This document shows, piece after piece, positions 12,466 to 25,305 of a stretch of DNA of 64,000 bases. Source of the stretch: Eledone cirrhosa (lineage: Eukaryota); contig OZ024744.1 of NCBI GenBank assembly GCA_964016885.1, forward strand, positions 56,978,001 to 57,042,000. The letters are read 5' to 3'. A program made the translations under genes and the position numbers. The notes beneath the pieces were generated by a model, which saw only the letters and a list, made by a program, of their open reading frames with translations, ran no database searches and was not told where the DNA came from. Within the stretch, counting starts at the first letter, position 1, and every line of letters starts with the position of its first letter.

Positions 12466-15400
12466 AATGAGTCAAAGTTGATTTATCCGAAAACTTGGAT
12501 ATGCTATTGTTACAAAGCAAACTAACAATTTTTTTTTTTTGTAGTTGCAGTCTGACTGGACTGGAAACCATTTACTACAATTCACTAACTCATTTGTTGT
12601 ATATATTTTACCATTTACTAATAAATATACCCTCCCGTGTGGTCATGAAAACCCTCTTCCGTGGTCTCTAAGCTTACAAAGCAGGGGACATCAAGTTTGA
12701 TATCAACATTTATTCTGTCCGTTTCATTAAAGGGAAAATTGGAAAGCTTTGAAATGATATAATTGCTACTTTCTTCCAGATAAGAGCACTCTTGGGATAG
12801 ACAGTTGCTCTTGTATTAATGTTCAAAATAGCTGGTATCGCCTGGTGGGAATATAACAAATTCGTGATTTCAAGGGACAAAAGGGGGCGTTTGGCCTAAA
12901 TCGGTTGAGAACCTGTGATCTAGATGATGATGGCATTTTTAAATGCCATCATCTAGATCAGAATAAAATTGGCTTATAAATAAAGGTACAAGAAATATAA
13001 AGACAGATTAACATTCAGGAGTACCATATGGGACAGGAAAGAAGAATTATCACTAATGTCAAGGACATAACCTCTCTAGTGCTCACACCATAATATAAAT
13101 CACACTCAGTACACTTTGTAAAGTGGTAATGTTAAGGCTACAATAAAATTGTACCCAGTACATTATGTAAAGTGGTTGGCATTAGCAAGGGCATCCAGCT
13201 GCAGAAATCATACATTGCAAGGGTGGGATGGGTGGAGTGGTACGAGAATCTGCCATTCATTATTGAGAGAAAAGTTCATTCTGAGTTCAAATCCCGCCGA
13301 GGTTAACTTTGCCTTTCATCCTTACGGAGTCGATAAAATAAAGTACCAGTAATGTACTGGGTAATTACTGGCCTTGTGCCAAAAGTAGAAACAATTATTG
13401 TCAGAAAAGTTACTACATGAGTTTTTGCTAGATTAGATTATTCCCTATATATGATGCCAGTTCTTTGACCCTGGACTAGTTCATATTTATTGACCTTGAA
13501 AAAATGAAAGGCGAAGTTGACTTTGATGGAATTAGAATTCAGAGCATAATGAAATCAAACCACAAGTATTTTATGGCCATTTCCTTTTGTGGGCCCCATA
13601 ATACTTCATACTCACCATGGCGCCCTTTGTGAAGCAATGTTTTATAACTATATACCTTTTCTGGTGCTAACTGTTTTGGTTGCCTCTCACAGCATGCAGG
13701 GATATTGTGTAAACTGGATACATGCAGTGGAACAAATACAAATACAGGAATTTAATCTGACATCCTGATGACTTTGCCAATTTGTTGCCTATGTCAACAT
13801 GAAACCCATATAAACAGTGCATTCATTATATCTTTTGACCATGTTATCATAGTTTCCATGACAAGAAATTGGTAATCAGTCTAGTTGAAAATTTGAAATT
13901 GGTGGGAACTGCTGTTATTAACAGCTGCCTGCTAAACAGAAAGAAACACCTAACTAAATTGATAATGTTTTTCAAAACACGTTTGTCAGGCAATTAATTT
14001 GAACATCAATGTTTATCTGCTGATGTCACAATTTAATATTAACTGTATGTAAAATCTGACATTTGTACTGAGTTGATACAAAGTTATTTTTGATATTTAA
14101 ATATTTTCAGTATAAAATTTTGACTCAAATGTTTAACTTGTTTGTTTGTTTAATTTATTGGATTAGATTTTGTAAGTTTATCTTGGGATATTATTATTAG
14201 AGTTGACATATAAGAATATTTTAGAACATCAATTATATCATTGTCAGTTGGGATTTCTAAAGTTCTAAAGCTGCCATAGGTATTGTAATCCATTCTACCA
14301 CTCTGAAGTGATTAGGATACTGGGCTCCTGATTGCGATGTTGTTAATTCACGTTTTGGACTGGGTAGCCTGTACTCTTGAACAAAACACTTTACTTCATG
14401 TTCTAGTCAATTCAGCTAAAAATGACTACCAGCAGTAGCTGGGGGTTAACCCTGCAATTGGACTGGCATCCCATCTGTACTCCTAATCACTTAACACACA
14501 AAGGATAGGCTCTAGTTGGATAAGCTTCTGATCTTTGGATGGATTTAATTCCACCCCCTTTCTCTATACCAATGTAATGTTGAAAGAACATGAAAGGAAG
14601 TGATTTGTGTAAAAATAAAATGTTCTAAAATGAGGTTGCTGTCATAATTTTATACCTGCTTTCCATGCTTGCATGGGTTGGACAGATCTTCTCCAATACA
14701 ATGTTTCTCTCCATTTGTTTCTATGCTTTGTCTTCTCCTTTGTGAAGTTTAGCATCTTGAGATCTACTTTCACTACTTCTGCTCATGTCTTCTTTGGTCT
14801 TCATCTTCTACAGCTTTTTTGGCACTTCAGCACCCAACAGTCATCATCCATGTATATTACATGCCGATATCAATTATGCATTTGTAAGGACATGTAATGT
14901 GTATGGATAGCTCATGGTTTGATTTCTTTTTGTTTGTTCTTGGTCTCCTATGGAAAAAAATTAGATAACATTTTAGCTTATCACTTATATGTGTGCATGC
15001 ACACAAGGTACGCGCGCAATCACGCACACGCGCGCACACCTGCACACAGACACCTGCACGCACACAAACACACACACGCCAGCACACAAACACACACACA
15101 CGCACACGCACACCTACGCGCGCGCACGCACGCACGCACACTGTATTAAGTGTGCTCTATATATAGCTTGTTAGTAATGAAAGCTTTTTGAAATCATTGC
15201 TAACCTCAACTTCACTAATTAGATGTTATTGCAACTTTTTTTTTCCAGTAGTGAGTTAGACATCTGTGTAGCATAATGATAAATCTGTAGATTTAATAAA
15301 TCAGTACAAATTTGCTGAAGATTTTTTTTTTTTCTTTCTAAATTTTGATAATCATCCACTGATAATGTGAAAGTTGTAAAAAATAAAGTCTTGGTTTAAT

Positions 15401-16259
15401 TTATAGTTCATACCTGAAAATGCAAAAAGCTATTAATACATTTAAAATTAATTGATTTGAAAAGATGTTTTTTTGAATACTTATCTGAAGTTAAGTCTTC
15501 TGATATTTAGTTTTTTAATGAACTAATGATTAAATGATAAACAAAAAAAAAGATAATAATAAAAAATTGTATTTTTTTCTTTGTTATAGCTGAGCTAACA
15601 TTTTAAATTGTACTATTTTCTATATTGAATTACAACATACACATTATTATAAAGAAAAGATCTGATCATCACATTGGACCAAGGAAACAATACTTGCTGA
15701 TACTTTGTGCCGGTTGTAACTCCTAGCAGAAGCCTCTTGGTATTATGTGCTGGTTGAAACACCTTGCAGAATTACGGCAGTTAACTTTTCTAAGACATTT
15801 CATTTTGCACTACTCTAGTTTTATAAAGTCTGAACTTAGATTGGAAATAAATCTCTAGTTTTTTAAATTTTATTTTTGTAATATATACACATGCATGCAC
15901 ATGCGCACTAACTATATTACTAGCAGTGGTACCGGCAAGGCCTGCGTGCTGAATATATAAAGGTTTTCATGTAATTTTTGACATGCACACTGATTAAAAA
16001 ACATAGTTACTGCTTTGGTGGTGTACAGAGAGACATGCACACACTGATTTTTTTTTAATCCATCATCATTGCCTTTCCATGCTTGTATGAATTGAGACAA
16101 GTTTCTTTTTTTTTTTTTTTTTTTTTCCAGAGGGTATTCCTATGGACTGATGCCAATGTTTTATTATAAATATAGTATACTGATATGTATATGAAAGAAT
16201 TGTACATAAGTTTTTGTTGAATTCATATAGGCATTTAAAGTTAATAGAATCATGACAGT

Positions 16260-16470
16260 CAATATTCTTTAGAGCGTGTTCTCTGAGAGAATGATGATCA
16301 ATGTCAGGGAGATCAGACTGAATTTTGAAAAGTTAGTGTTGAACAATGGAACAATGCAAGGCTGTGTGATGGTACTGCTACTATTTACTTTATTTTTCTC
16401 TATAGTGCTTTTGATTTTCTATCAGCACAGTGACTTTGGAGTTATGCATGTAGTGTTGTATCAATAGTAG
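16260..16470 (+). mobile_element. Old RT fragment (BovB/RTE-like)
   Basis: NGTMQGCVMVLLLFTLFFS resembles the NGVKQGCVLAPTLF RT motif. Confidence 0.45.
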
Positions 16471-19400
16471 TTTGTTCGATCAGAAGTACTAAAATGTTCA
16501 CTCAGAATGCAAGCATAACATGCATAAAATCCATTGCCCGATCATCAAAGATACCTATGACCTTCAACTTTTTGTCTTAAGAATACTAAGGTCAATAGCC
16601 TGCATAAAACTGCGGCTCATAATATTCTCTCCCTTATAGCAACCGATAACAAATTGGGGTACAAATTTCATTATTCAAGCATTCCAGTTCCCATGATTTT
16701 GTCTTCAGTCATTGCTAAAGCAAAAACAGGCATGGGTATTTGGTTAAAAACTTGGCTTCTTAACTACATGGTTCTGGATTTGGTTTCATCACTGAGCACC
16801 TTAGCTAAGTGTTTTATACCATAGTTTTGGGTTGACTAATGCCTTGCAAGTGGAATCTGGTATGCAGAAACTTTGGAAAGTCCATCGTGTATAACAATAA
16901 CGAAATATGTTATCCTGTATATCAAATAAATTTAGATAAATATTTGGTATTAGTTTAATTTCCATACATTTTTTTTTTTACATATCTCGCTTTCTCCCCG
17001 CCCCTTCTCTCATTGTCAGCCACATGTACATTTTTTTTTTCAGATCTGTAAGAAATTTATTATTGATGGTCTTTAAATCTTTACTAACTGATCACTACTT
17101 GATTTAAGTAAAGCAGTTGATTTAGCAATCATTTGAGTGTTGGATATATGTTCTGGCTGTCTGCAATATCAATTCAAGTTCCACGAAGGCCCACTTTGCC
17201 TTTCAATCCCTTTTAGGGTTGATAAAACAAGCACCAGCTCAATGTTGGTCTAGTCGTCTCTCACTATAGCTGTAATAGGACAGAGGAAGTTGATGAGAGG
17301 GTGTCTGCTCATAATTGCATGCACCTAAAACCCTTAGCAAAATCATGGTAGATACTAAGTCATACTCAATTGCAAGGTGATGATGGCAGTTTAATTTTAT
17401 TTTATATTTTCCAAAATATTGCTAATTTTGACATTTTTTTTTTAGTTTGTTAGTACTCAAAAATAACAAATAATAGATTTCCTAGACACTCAATACGGTC
17501 ATATCTTTATACAAGTGACTAAAATGTCATTGTTATGACTGTCTATATCAACAAAGGTTTCAGCATTTTAAATTACATTGCTTATAATTTGACATTTTAA
17601 AAGTTCATATCTATTCAAATATTTCCAATTAAATCCTGATTAGGTGTTATTAAATATGTTTCAAATTTGAGAATTTGTCATGAGTCTTTGATTTTAACCC
17701 ATTCATTACCATATTTCTAATGAAAGACACTGCTTATGATTTTCAAATCATTTTGAAAATAAAGAATTTGGAACGATTTTAACATTTTACATAACTCTTT
17801 CCATGCTTGTGTGGGTTTAGTAATATAAATAACCTTTTCATTGCTGAGTTGTTTTTTTTTAAACAAAACGAGGACATTCGAAATACTATTAGAAAAACAA
17901 AAGATTCTACAGTTGGTGAATGACATGGCCAAACCATTGGAGTCAGTGATTTTGGCTTACTTGGATAATTGTAATTTACAGTAAAAGCTCAGTTTAATGG
18001 ATCTAAAATTACTGTACTACTATGTTCTACTGTATACACATTCCTCATTATATTTGAATAATTTTATATTGGGCCTTAACACAATTTTTGAAAGGGTTAA
18101 TGAAGAATTTGGAGAAATATACTAAAATTACTAATCATCTCATTTTGAAAGATGTTTTGTGTGACAAAAAAAGTTACTTATATAAAATTGTTAGATTTTG
18201 GAAGGATGGTTTTGTTTCAGAACTAGAACCAATTTTAGCTGGAGAACTTAGATGACAAACAAAAAGAAATCTTTAGAAATAAGATATAATTTAAAACTAG
18301 AAATAACATAAAATTCTTACAGACTAACAACTTGTAGAATTTTTAATTCACTAATATTCAGTTTATTTCTGATGTGCCATAATTTTATTATTATTTTTTT
18401 TAAGTGCACTTAATATGCCACATGAATGGTTAGGGCAAATTTTGTTAGATAACAACATATTGGAAGACATTTTCTGTGTTTGTGTATATGTATGCAAGTC
18501 ACATGCTTGTTATTCCTGTATTTTCATGGAAAATGGTGCAATTTATACATAACTATACCATATATGGTATGAAAGACAAACAAGAGTACATTGTAAAAAT
18601 GAAATGAAGACACTGAATATTAATGGAAAAACAAATATGTATTAATATGCTTAGAGTAAAGGACAAAATACTAAGCCCTGAAAAAGATTTTTTTTCTTTT
18701 TAACCCTTTTAGGCCAAAACCTGCTCTGGTTCTCTGAAACAGCTAATTTTTGTGGTTATTTCAACCTTACAATAATTTAAACAATTCTACACTGATTTAG
18801 TAGAAAATATCTAAAAACGCATTTAATTCAAATGTTTATAGTATCTTTACTAATAGACCGATTATTGTGAAAATCATATTGACCCCAAAATGATGAAAAA
18901 AAAAAGTTCACCTCAACTTGATTTGAACTTGGAGAACAGAGCTGGAACAAATATCACAAAGCATTCTTTCCAGCACACTAACAACTGTCAATGTTCCCCT
19001 CTCTCTAGAATTAAATGAACGTTTCTCAACACATAGACCACAATTCAGTAAGCTCTATTTTACAAAGCTTCTATTACTTGCATTTGTGAGCAGACAATTA
19101 CAATTTTTAAATTTTTTTTTTATCAGCTGGCACATCACAAATTTAACATTACTGTTCTTTACTGTTGGAATATATCAAACAACCAAAAAGTAAATTTAAA
19201 AAAAAAGGCATTTGATGAGCAGATTCATTAGTGTCAAATAAATGTGCTGCAATATTTGTACTACCTTACTTTTTGCAAATACTACCAAGGCTTACTTTGC
19301 CTTTCATCCTTTCAAGGTTGATAATGTACCAACCAGTTAAGTGTTGGTGCTAATCTCTCTCCTATTTATCTTGGATGTTCTGCTGGATTGAGAGAGGAAG

Positions 19401-19586
19401 GGTTGAAATTGTGTCTGCTTGAGATTATGTGGGCACCAAAACGGTTATCGAAGGCATGGTACATTCTACCAAATCATCCTTGATTATGAGTAATGGATGT
19501 AGTACCTGTTTTATTAGTATATCAAAGAAATAAACTTTGTTACTGTTTTATCTTTTGCTATAAGGTATCTGAAACAAAATCATTTA

Positions 19587-19619
<33 letters not shown>

Positions 19620-19655
19620 TGGAAATTGCCAAAGTTTCAGATGTAAGGATTAAAC

Positions 19656-19689
<34 letters not shown>

Positions 19690-19694
<5 letters not shown>

Positions 19695-20517
19695 GAGAGA
19701 AGTGTATCCAGAAGGATAAAGGTGAGCTTGCCCTCACAAGTGCTGAGAAGAAAGATGCATGGAAGAGCCATTATGATAGATTACTAAATGAGGAGAATGC
19801 ATGGGAAGAAGAGACCCTGCCCCAAGTAGACCCTATAGAGGGGCCAGCAGTACAAGTCACCAGCAGCGTAGTAAGGCAATCAAAGATATGAAGATGGGGA
19901 AGGCAACTGGTCCATCGGGTATAGCTGCCGAGATGCTGAAGGCATCTGGGTCTGTAGGTCACACTATAACCACACGTATTGTTAACCAGGTAATACTAGG
20001 TGTCATACCAAACAATTGGTGCAGTAGCATCATTGTCAACTGCTACAAAGGTAAAGGTGATGCACTAGATAGAGGAAACTATAGAGGTATAAAGCTGATA
20101 GACCAGGTTATGAAAGTAAGAGTTATAGCACAGTTGATTAGGGACCGGGTGAAACTAGATGAGATACAATTTGGGTTTGTACCAAGAAGAGGCACCACTG
20201 ATGCCCTCTTCCTTGTGAGGCAGTTACAGGAAAAGTACCTAGCTAAAAGTAAGCCACTCTACCTGACATTTGTCGATCTCGAGAAAGCCTTTGACAGAGT
20301 TCCACATACTATAATCTGGTGGGCTCTTAGAAAACTAGGAGTAGATGAATGGCTTGTGAAAGCCATACAACCCATGTATAGGGGAGCAGTCGACAAAGTT
20401 AGGATTAACAATGAGAATAGCGAGGAATTTAGCGTACAGGTTGGGGTCAACCAGGGCTTTGTTCATCATAGTCCTGCAGGCAATAACGGAGGAGTTTAAG
20501 ACCGGATGCCCATGGGA
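19690..20517 (+). mobile_element. RTE LINE, RT N-terminal part (frameshifted)
   Basis: KATGPSGIAAEMLK, YKGKGDALDRGNYRGIKL, QFGF, FVDLEKAFDRVP; breaks off at CPW just before YADD. Confidence 0.92.
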
Positions 20518-20519
20518 TG

Positions 20520-22347
20520 CCCCAAAAAACAAAAAAAAAGTCCTGAGGTATAGAGTAGGAATGACCAATTCTATCCAGTGGTGAACCAACAAACCTAAAG
20601 AAATAATGCTCCAATAATGTTGAGCACTTCCAAATGTAATATTGAACTGCGGCACTGACTTCAGTGTACAACTACCGCCAGCATGGGATTAACTTATCTA
20701 CTTACCATTCGGATTTTGGCTGCTCTGTGCTTTGTCTACCACCCACCCGTTGCTTCCCTGTCGGGAATATTCGGATTCCGACAATTCTACGTATTATACT
20801 AAAACATGTATTGTGTTGACTGAATTCTCTACTCTATACCTCAGGACTTTTTTTTGTGACTCACACAGAATTCGGAGACCAGAACCTTACACTAGGTACC
20901 ACCTGTTACCATTCCATCTCTTCCATCCTCTATATCTATATGTACAACCTGTATTATCTTACTACAACTTGATCTATATTGTATTTCCCCTTTGCTCTAA
21001 TTCCTCCGATATGTTCTTATATACCTCCGTCTTACTACATCACTACCCTAGCTATGAAGACGTTTTATTTTTATCAATGTATTCTTTATCTTTGTATTTT
21101 ATCTTTGTATCCTACTTTTATTTATTTGTAACTTTCCTTACTCAGGTCATTATGCACCTTTCATAGCCCCCTACCCACCAAAGAACCACACTACTTATAA
21201 CCCGGACTAACTGGGACTTAAAAATAATTATAATCTATTTGCACTCTTTGAATTTTGCTACCTTCGATTGATGTGGTGCCTTTTCCCGGCTGCGCGATGG
21301 GTGCTCGGAAAGTTGTGCCTTCCTTGAGTGCTTGGAAAAATAAATTTCCCCTCTTTCGGTAAACAAAATTACTCGGAGTGGCTTGCCTTGCCCCGGGCCC
21401 GCCACGTCGCCTGTTTTGACCGCCATATTATTCTTAGACCTATAAACTCTAGGCTTAGGCATATGTTAGCTGTATCATGCCTCTACTGACACGTAAATAA
21501 ACCCCTCACGTGTGAATTAATAGTATTCGTTTGGTATTGACGATGGCCTGTTGAAATAGTAGACTTCCCGCTAGCACACCCGGGGCCTAGTGTAGCTATG
21601 TTCCTAGAGTACTCAGAAAAATTAATTTCCATTTCTTTCGCTGGACGATACCACTCGAAACTGGCTGACACGTGGTTAGGAGGTGCTGGCTGGGATTCGC
21701 ATTCGAAGGCTTTAATCTTTATCTCACCCTGATATCTTATTGAGATTAACTTTTTCATATAAGACTCTCACTGTAAGTTCATTAAATAATTTTTTATTTA
21801 TTTTCCAATTTTCAATTTATTATTTTTTTTAATTTAATTTCATCCTATAACTCGTAACATAAGTTTAACGTTCCAAATTTCTGTTCACATATTAGACCCT
21901 ACAGACACCCATTATATATGCCTTTGTTAAAATATAGATTCTTTAGAATAACGTTTTTCGCGACGTTTTCTAGGTTGACTGTATTGTGACCCTTACGCTG
22001 ACTTCTTTCTTCCTTTTTTTTTCTTCTCGCTTTCTTTCTTTCTTCCCCTCTTTTATTCTTTGACGGAGAGGTGGTAGTACATTATAAGCCTTCGCCCCCT
22101 CACCAGATGGTCATTAGCAGATCGAGTTCATTTTGAGGGCAACTGGCCGAGGTGAAGACAGCTAGTTGGTCAGTCGTCCTCTCTGTCTCTGATTTTTTGG
22201 ACCCATGGTTTTTACATATTCCTTTGTTATATTTCGAATACCTGATATCACCGGATTCATATGGGACCCGGTCATTGAAATGATCATAGTATAATAAACC
22301 TTTCAAGGATTTACACCAGTCCAGCCTCCTGTTATTTTTATTTATTT

Positions 22348-22350
<3 letters not shown>
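20520..22350 (+). mobile_element. About 1.8-kb non-coding insertion interrupting the RTE and ending in a hammerhead-like motif (Penelope-derived / retrozyme-like)
   Basis: Lies between two collinear RTE pieces, has no recognisable ORF, and ends with a ribozyme-like motif, AATAAA and (TA)n. Confidence 0.55.
22238..22292 (+). ncRNA. Degenerate hammerhead ribozyme
   Basis: AUAC CUGAU--AUCACCGGAUUC AUAU GGGACCCGGUCAUU GAAA UGAUCA UA GUAU. Perfect stem I, long stem II, palindromic stem III; the GA of CUGAUGA is missing. Confidence 0.6.
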
Positions 22351-22377
<27 letters not shown>

Positions 22378-22382
<5 letters not shown>

Positions 22383-23464
22383 GGAAAGGTGTAGGTAGGA
22401 ACTCCATTCTTTGCCCCAAATGCAAACAATGGGTACACAAGAGATGTAGCGGGATCTCAGGAAGCTTAATTAAGAATGTAGGATTCACATGCAGCAGCTG
22501 TGCTGAAACAGCAAGCAAACAGCCACAGGAAACAAGTACCACCAATCTCTGGGAGGGCCCTGTAGAAACAGTAGACAGCTTCTGCTACCTAGGTGACCGA
22601 ATTAGCAACGGAGGTGGGTGCTCAGAAAGTACAATAACTAGGGTAAGAACGGGATGGAAGAAGTTTAGGGAACTACTACCACTGCTAGCTGCAAAAGGCT
22701 TCTCCCTCAGAATGAAAGGCAGACTGTATGATGCGTGTATCCGAACAGCGATGTTGCATGGTAGTGAGACCTGGGCGCTGAAGGTGGAAGACTTACGTAG
22801 ATTAGAGAGAAACGAAGCCTGCATGCTCCGATGGATGTGTAACAGTAATATACGTGAACGACAAAGCATAAATGAATTGAGAGAGAGACTGAGCATAAGA
22901 GGAATCAAATGCTGCGTGCAGGAGAGGCGGTTACGCTGGTATGGACATGTGATGCGTATGAAGGATGACAGCTGCATAAAAAGGTGCAGAGCACTAGAAG
23001 TTGATGGAAACCGCGGAGTGGGGAGACCCAAGATGACTTGGGATGAGGTGATAAAAGCCGACCTTACCCAACTACACCTCTCAAAGTCAATGACACACGA
23101 CCGTGACTTCTGGCGTCACGCAGTAATACAGGGTACCCGACCTCCCATGGGTACATGCTGAAGCATATAAACAATATGCCCCCCCACCGCAAGGTGGTCG
23201 TGGAGGTGCCACGGCAAAAAAGCACCCAGCCCACACTGTAAAGTGGACGTGTAGGCGCCACGAAAAAGCACCCAGCACTCACTGTAAATGAGGTTGGTGT
23301 TAGGAAGGGCATCCAGCTGTAGAAATGAAGCCAGATCAGTTCCTGTATGAGCAAGGCATGGTCAGCCGACCAGACACTGCCCACAACAGGACAACCCGTC
23401 TAACCCATGCTAGCGTGGAAGAACGGACGTAAAACGGTGATGATGATGATGATGATGATGATGA
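22378..23464 (+). mobile_element. RTE LINE 3' part with SINE-like 3'UTR and (GAT)n tail
   Basis: CRKGVGRNSILCPKC...SFCYLG...RLRWYGHVMR; ORF ends at 23161; collinear with the 676-2239 family. Confidence 0.93.
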
Positions 23465-23615
23465 TATAAGAATTAAAATACTAGAGTGTGTTGGAGTTAA
23501 ACACCCTCTTCATATTATAGAAATGACAGTAAAGGTATAGCTCAATGTAATTAAACAGAGCCGAAGAATTATGAAAATAAACCAAAGAAGCCTTCAATAC
23601 ATCAAGTCTTTATTA

Positions 23616-23653
23616 GCCAACAATGTTTCGTCCTATTAAGGACTCATCAGGGC
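23616..23653 (-). ncRNA. Minimal type I hammerhead ribozyme (pLTR copy 1)
   Basis: Exact reverse complement of 26196-26233. Confidence 0.9.
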
Positions 23654-23917
23654 AAGTAAAATTATAAGAAGCACTATCGGCCAATACAAGCCAAAAACTC
23701 AGAATATGGAGTATACATACATTAAAGCATAGGAAAATTATCAAGTAAAAATTGCTAAGGGAGTGAATAACATTTTGAACCATATTATAAATATAGTACA
23801 ATGCAAGAACTAAAACTAAACACAAGTGGTGATATAAAGCGAGAATTACAGTACTATATGTAATATAATATAATAGATATAATGATAATAATAATAATAA
23901 TAATATTAAAAGGCCCA

Positions 23918-23955
<38 letters not shown>

Positions 23956-25305
23956 GTACACACATATATATATATATCAATACACATATCCATCAATACA
24001 AACACAAACTAACACTTATTAAGAGTTTAAATAAAAATAAAAATATAATACATATATTATTTACACTATAAAATGATAAAGAAGCGAGTAAAAGTAAACA
24101 TATAATATACTATATAATTATATAATTTATAATCTCCGGTCAATTTGCACAAACAATATAAATATTACAATAACACTATAATAACAATATTATAATATAT
24201 TGGCATATAACTTAACAAATCATATAAAGTTACACACAGGGTGAGAAAAAATATACAGAACTAAATTGTGTTGAAAAAATTGTGCTGGAAAAATATCTAT
24301 ACCGTTGTAAGAAAACAGACGGAGGTCAAGTTTTATACAATTGGTATAAATAAATATTATCCAAACATTACAAAAATTATAAAAATATAAACATATTACA
24401 GAATTTACAAAATTTAACATAAGGGTACATCAAATAATCGGTAAATATTTAAGATCTATAGTACAATTACATTGAGTGATATGATATAACAACTTCAATA
24501 TCAAATAATAAACATATTATAATATAAATAATTACATGGTTGGTAGACAGAAATATGTGAATAAGTGAATAAAAACCAGACAGAAAAACTACGCACGGTA
24601 GTAAAAAAAAAATGTAAATAAAATCAATCGAAAAACAATAAGTATATTTACTTAAGTGTCACAAGTAAAAAGAATTAGGAATCAAACCCGGATAAATGAC
24701 TAGAAAACCCTATTAAATTAATTAATATTGAAAGTATCCAAAATACATAAGTCAATACAAAATTAGCTATGGTTTAAGTAATCAAAATCTCCAAAGTTTA
24801 AGATATCTCAATAAAAATATCCAGAATAGAATGAAATATTCTACTATCAGTTGAATAACGTTATCTAATAAACGGACTTTAAATAGAACTATGGTAGGCC
24901 AATGGGGACAAAAAAGAAAGGTATGGAGGATACGAAGGAGCATAAAATCATAATCAATATACTGTATTATACAATAGAAAGGAGCATACAAGGGAATTAA
25001 ATATAATTATAGTATAATTGAAGGGGCGAATGACAAGTGTGTGTGGGGGGTGGGGGTGGTTAATTATCTAAATGAGAATCCAAATAAAATAAATAAATAA
25101 AATAAAATAAAATAAAATATATATAATCAGATATAAACTCATAAGGTGTTAATAGTGAAAATATAATATTTATTTAAGAAGATGGATATGGTATAGTAGC
25201 CAAAAGACTATGAAAACAAGATCGAAAAGCTGTTAAAAACCAATAATGATAATGATGGTGGTAAACAAAATGAACCTAAACAAAAAAGATAAGGGAATAT
25301 AGTAG

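Larger units (their letters stand above)
10578..12917 (+). mobile_element. hAT DNA transposon (Buster/Charlie-type), internally deleted and decayed
   Basis: 14-bp TIRs CAAAGGTTCTCAAC / GTTGAGAACCTGTG (1 mismatch). Perfect 8-bp TSD ATCTAGAT (10570-10577, 12918-12925) fits the Buster NNNTANNN preference. Transposase remnant inside. Confidence 0.93.

Noticed and set aside
15918-15950. Possible second Helitron 3' end on the minus strand (...ccggtaccactgCTAGT)
   Set aside because: The hairpin is degenerate and no matching 5' end or body could be traced.
23613-24005. Duplicated hydrophobic ORF (also 26021-26236)
   Set aside because: Chance reading frame across the AT-rich pseudo-LTR; duplicated only because the pLTR is duplicated.
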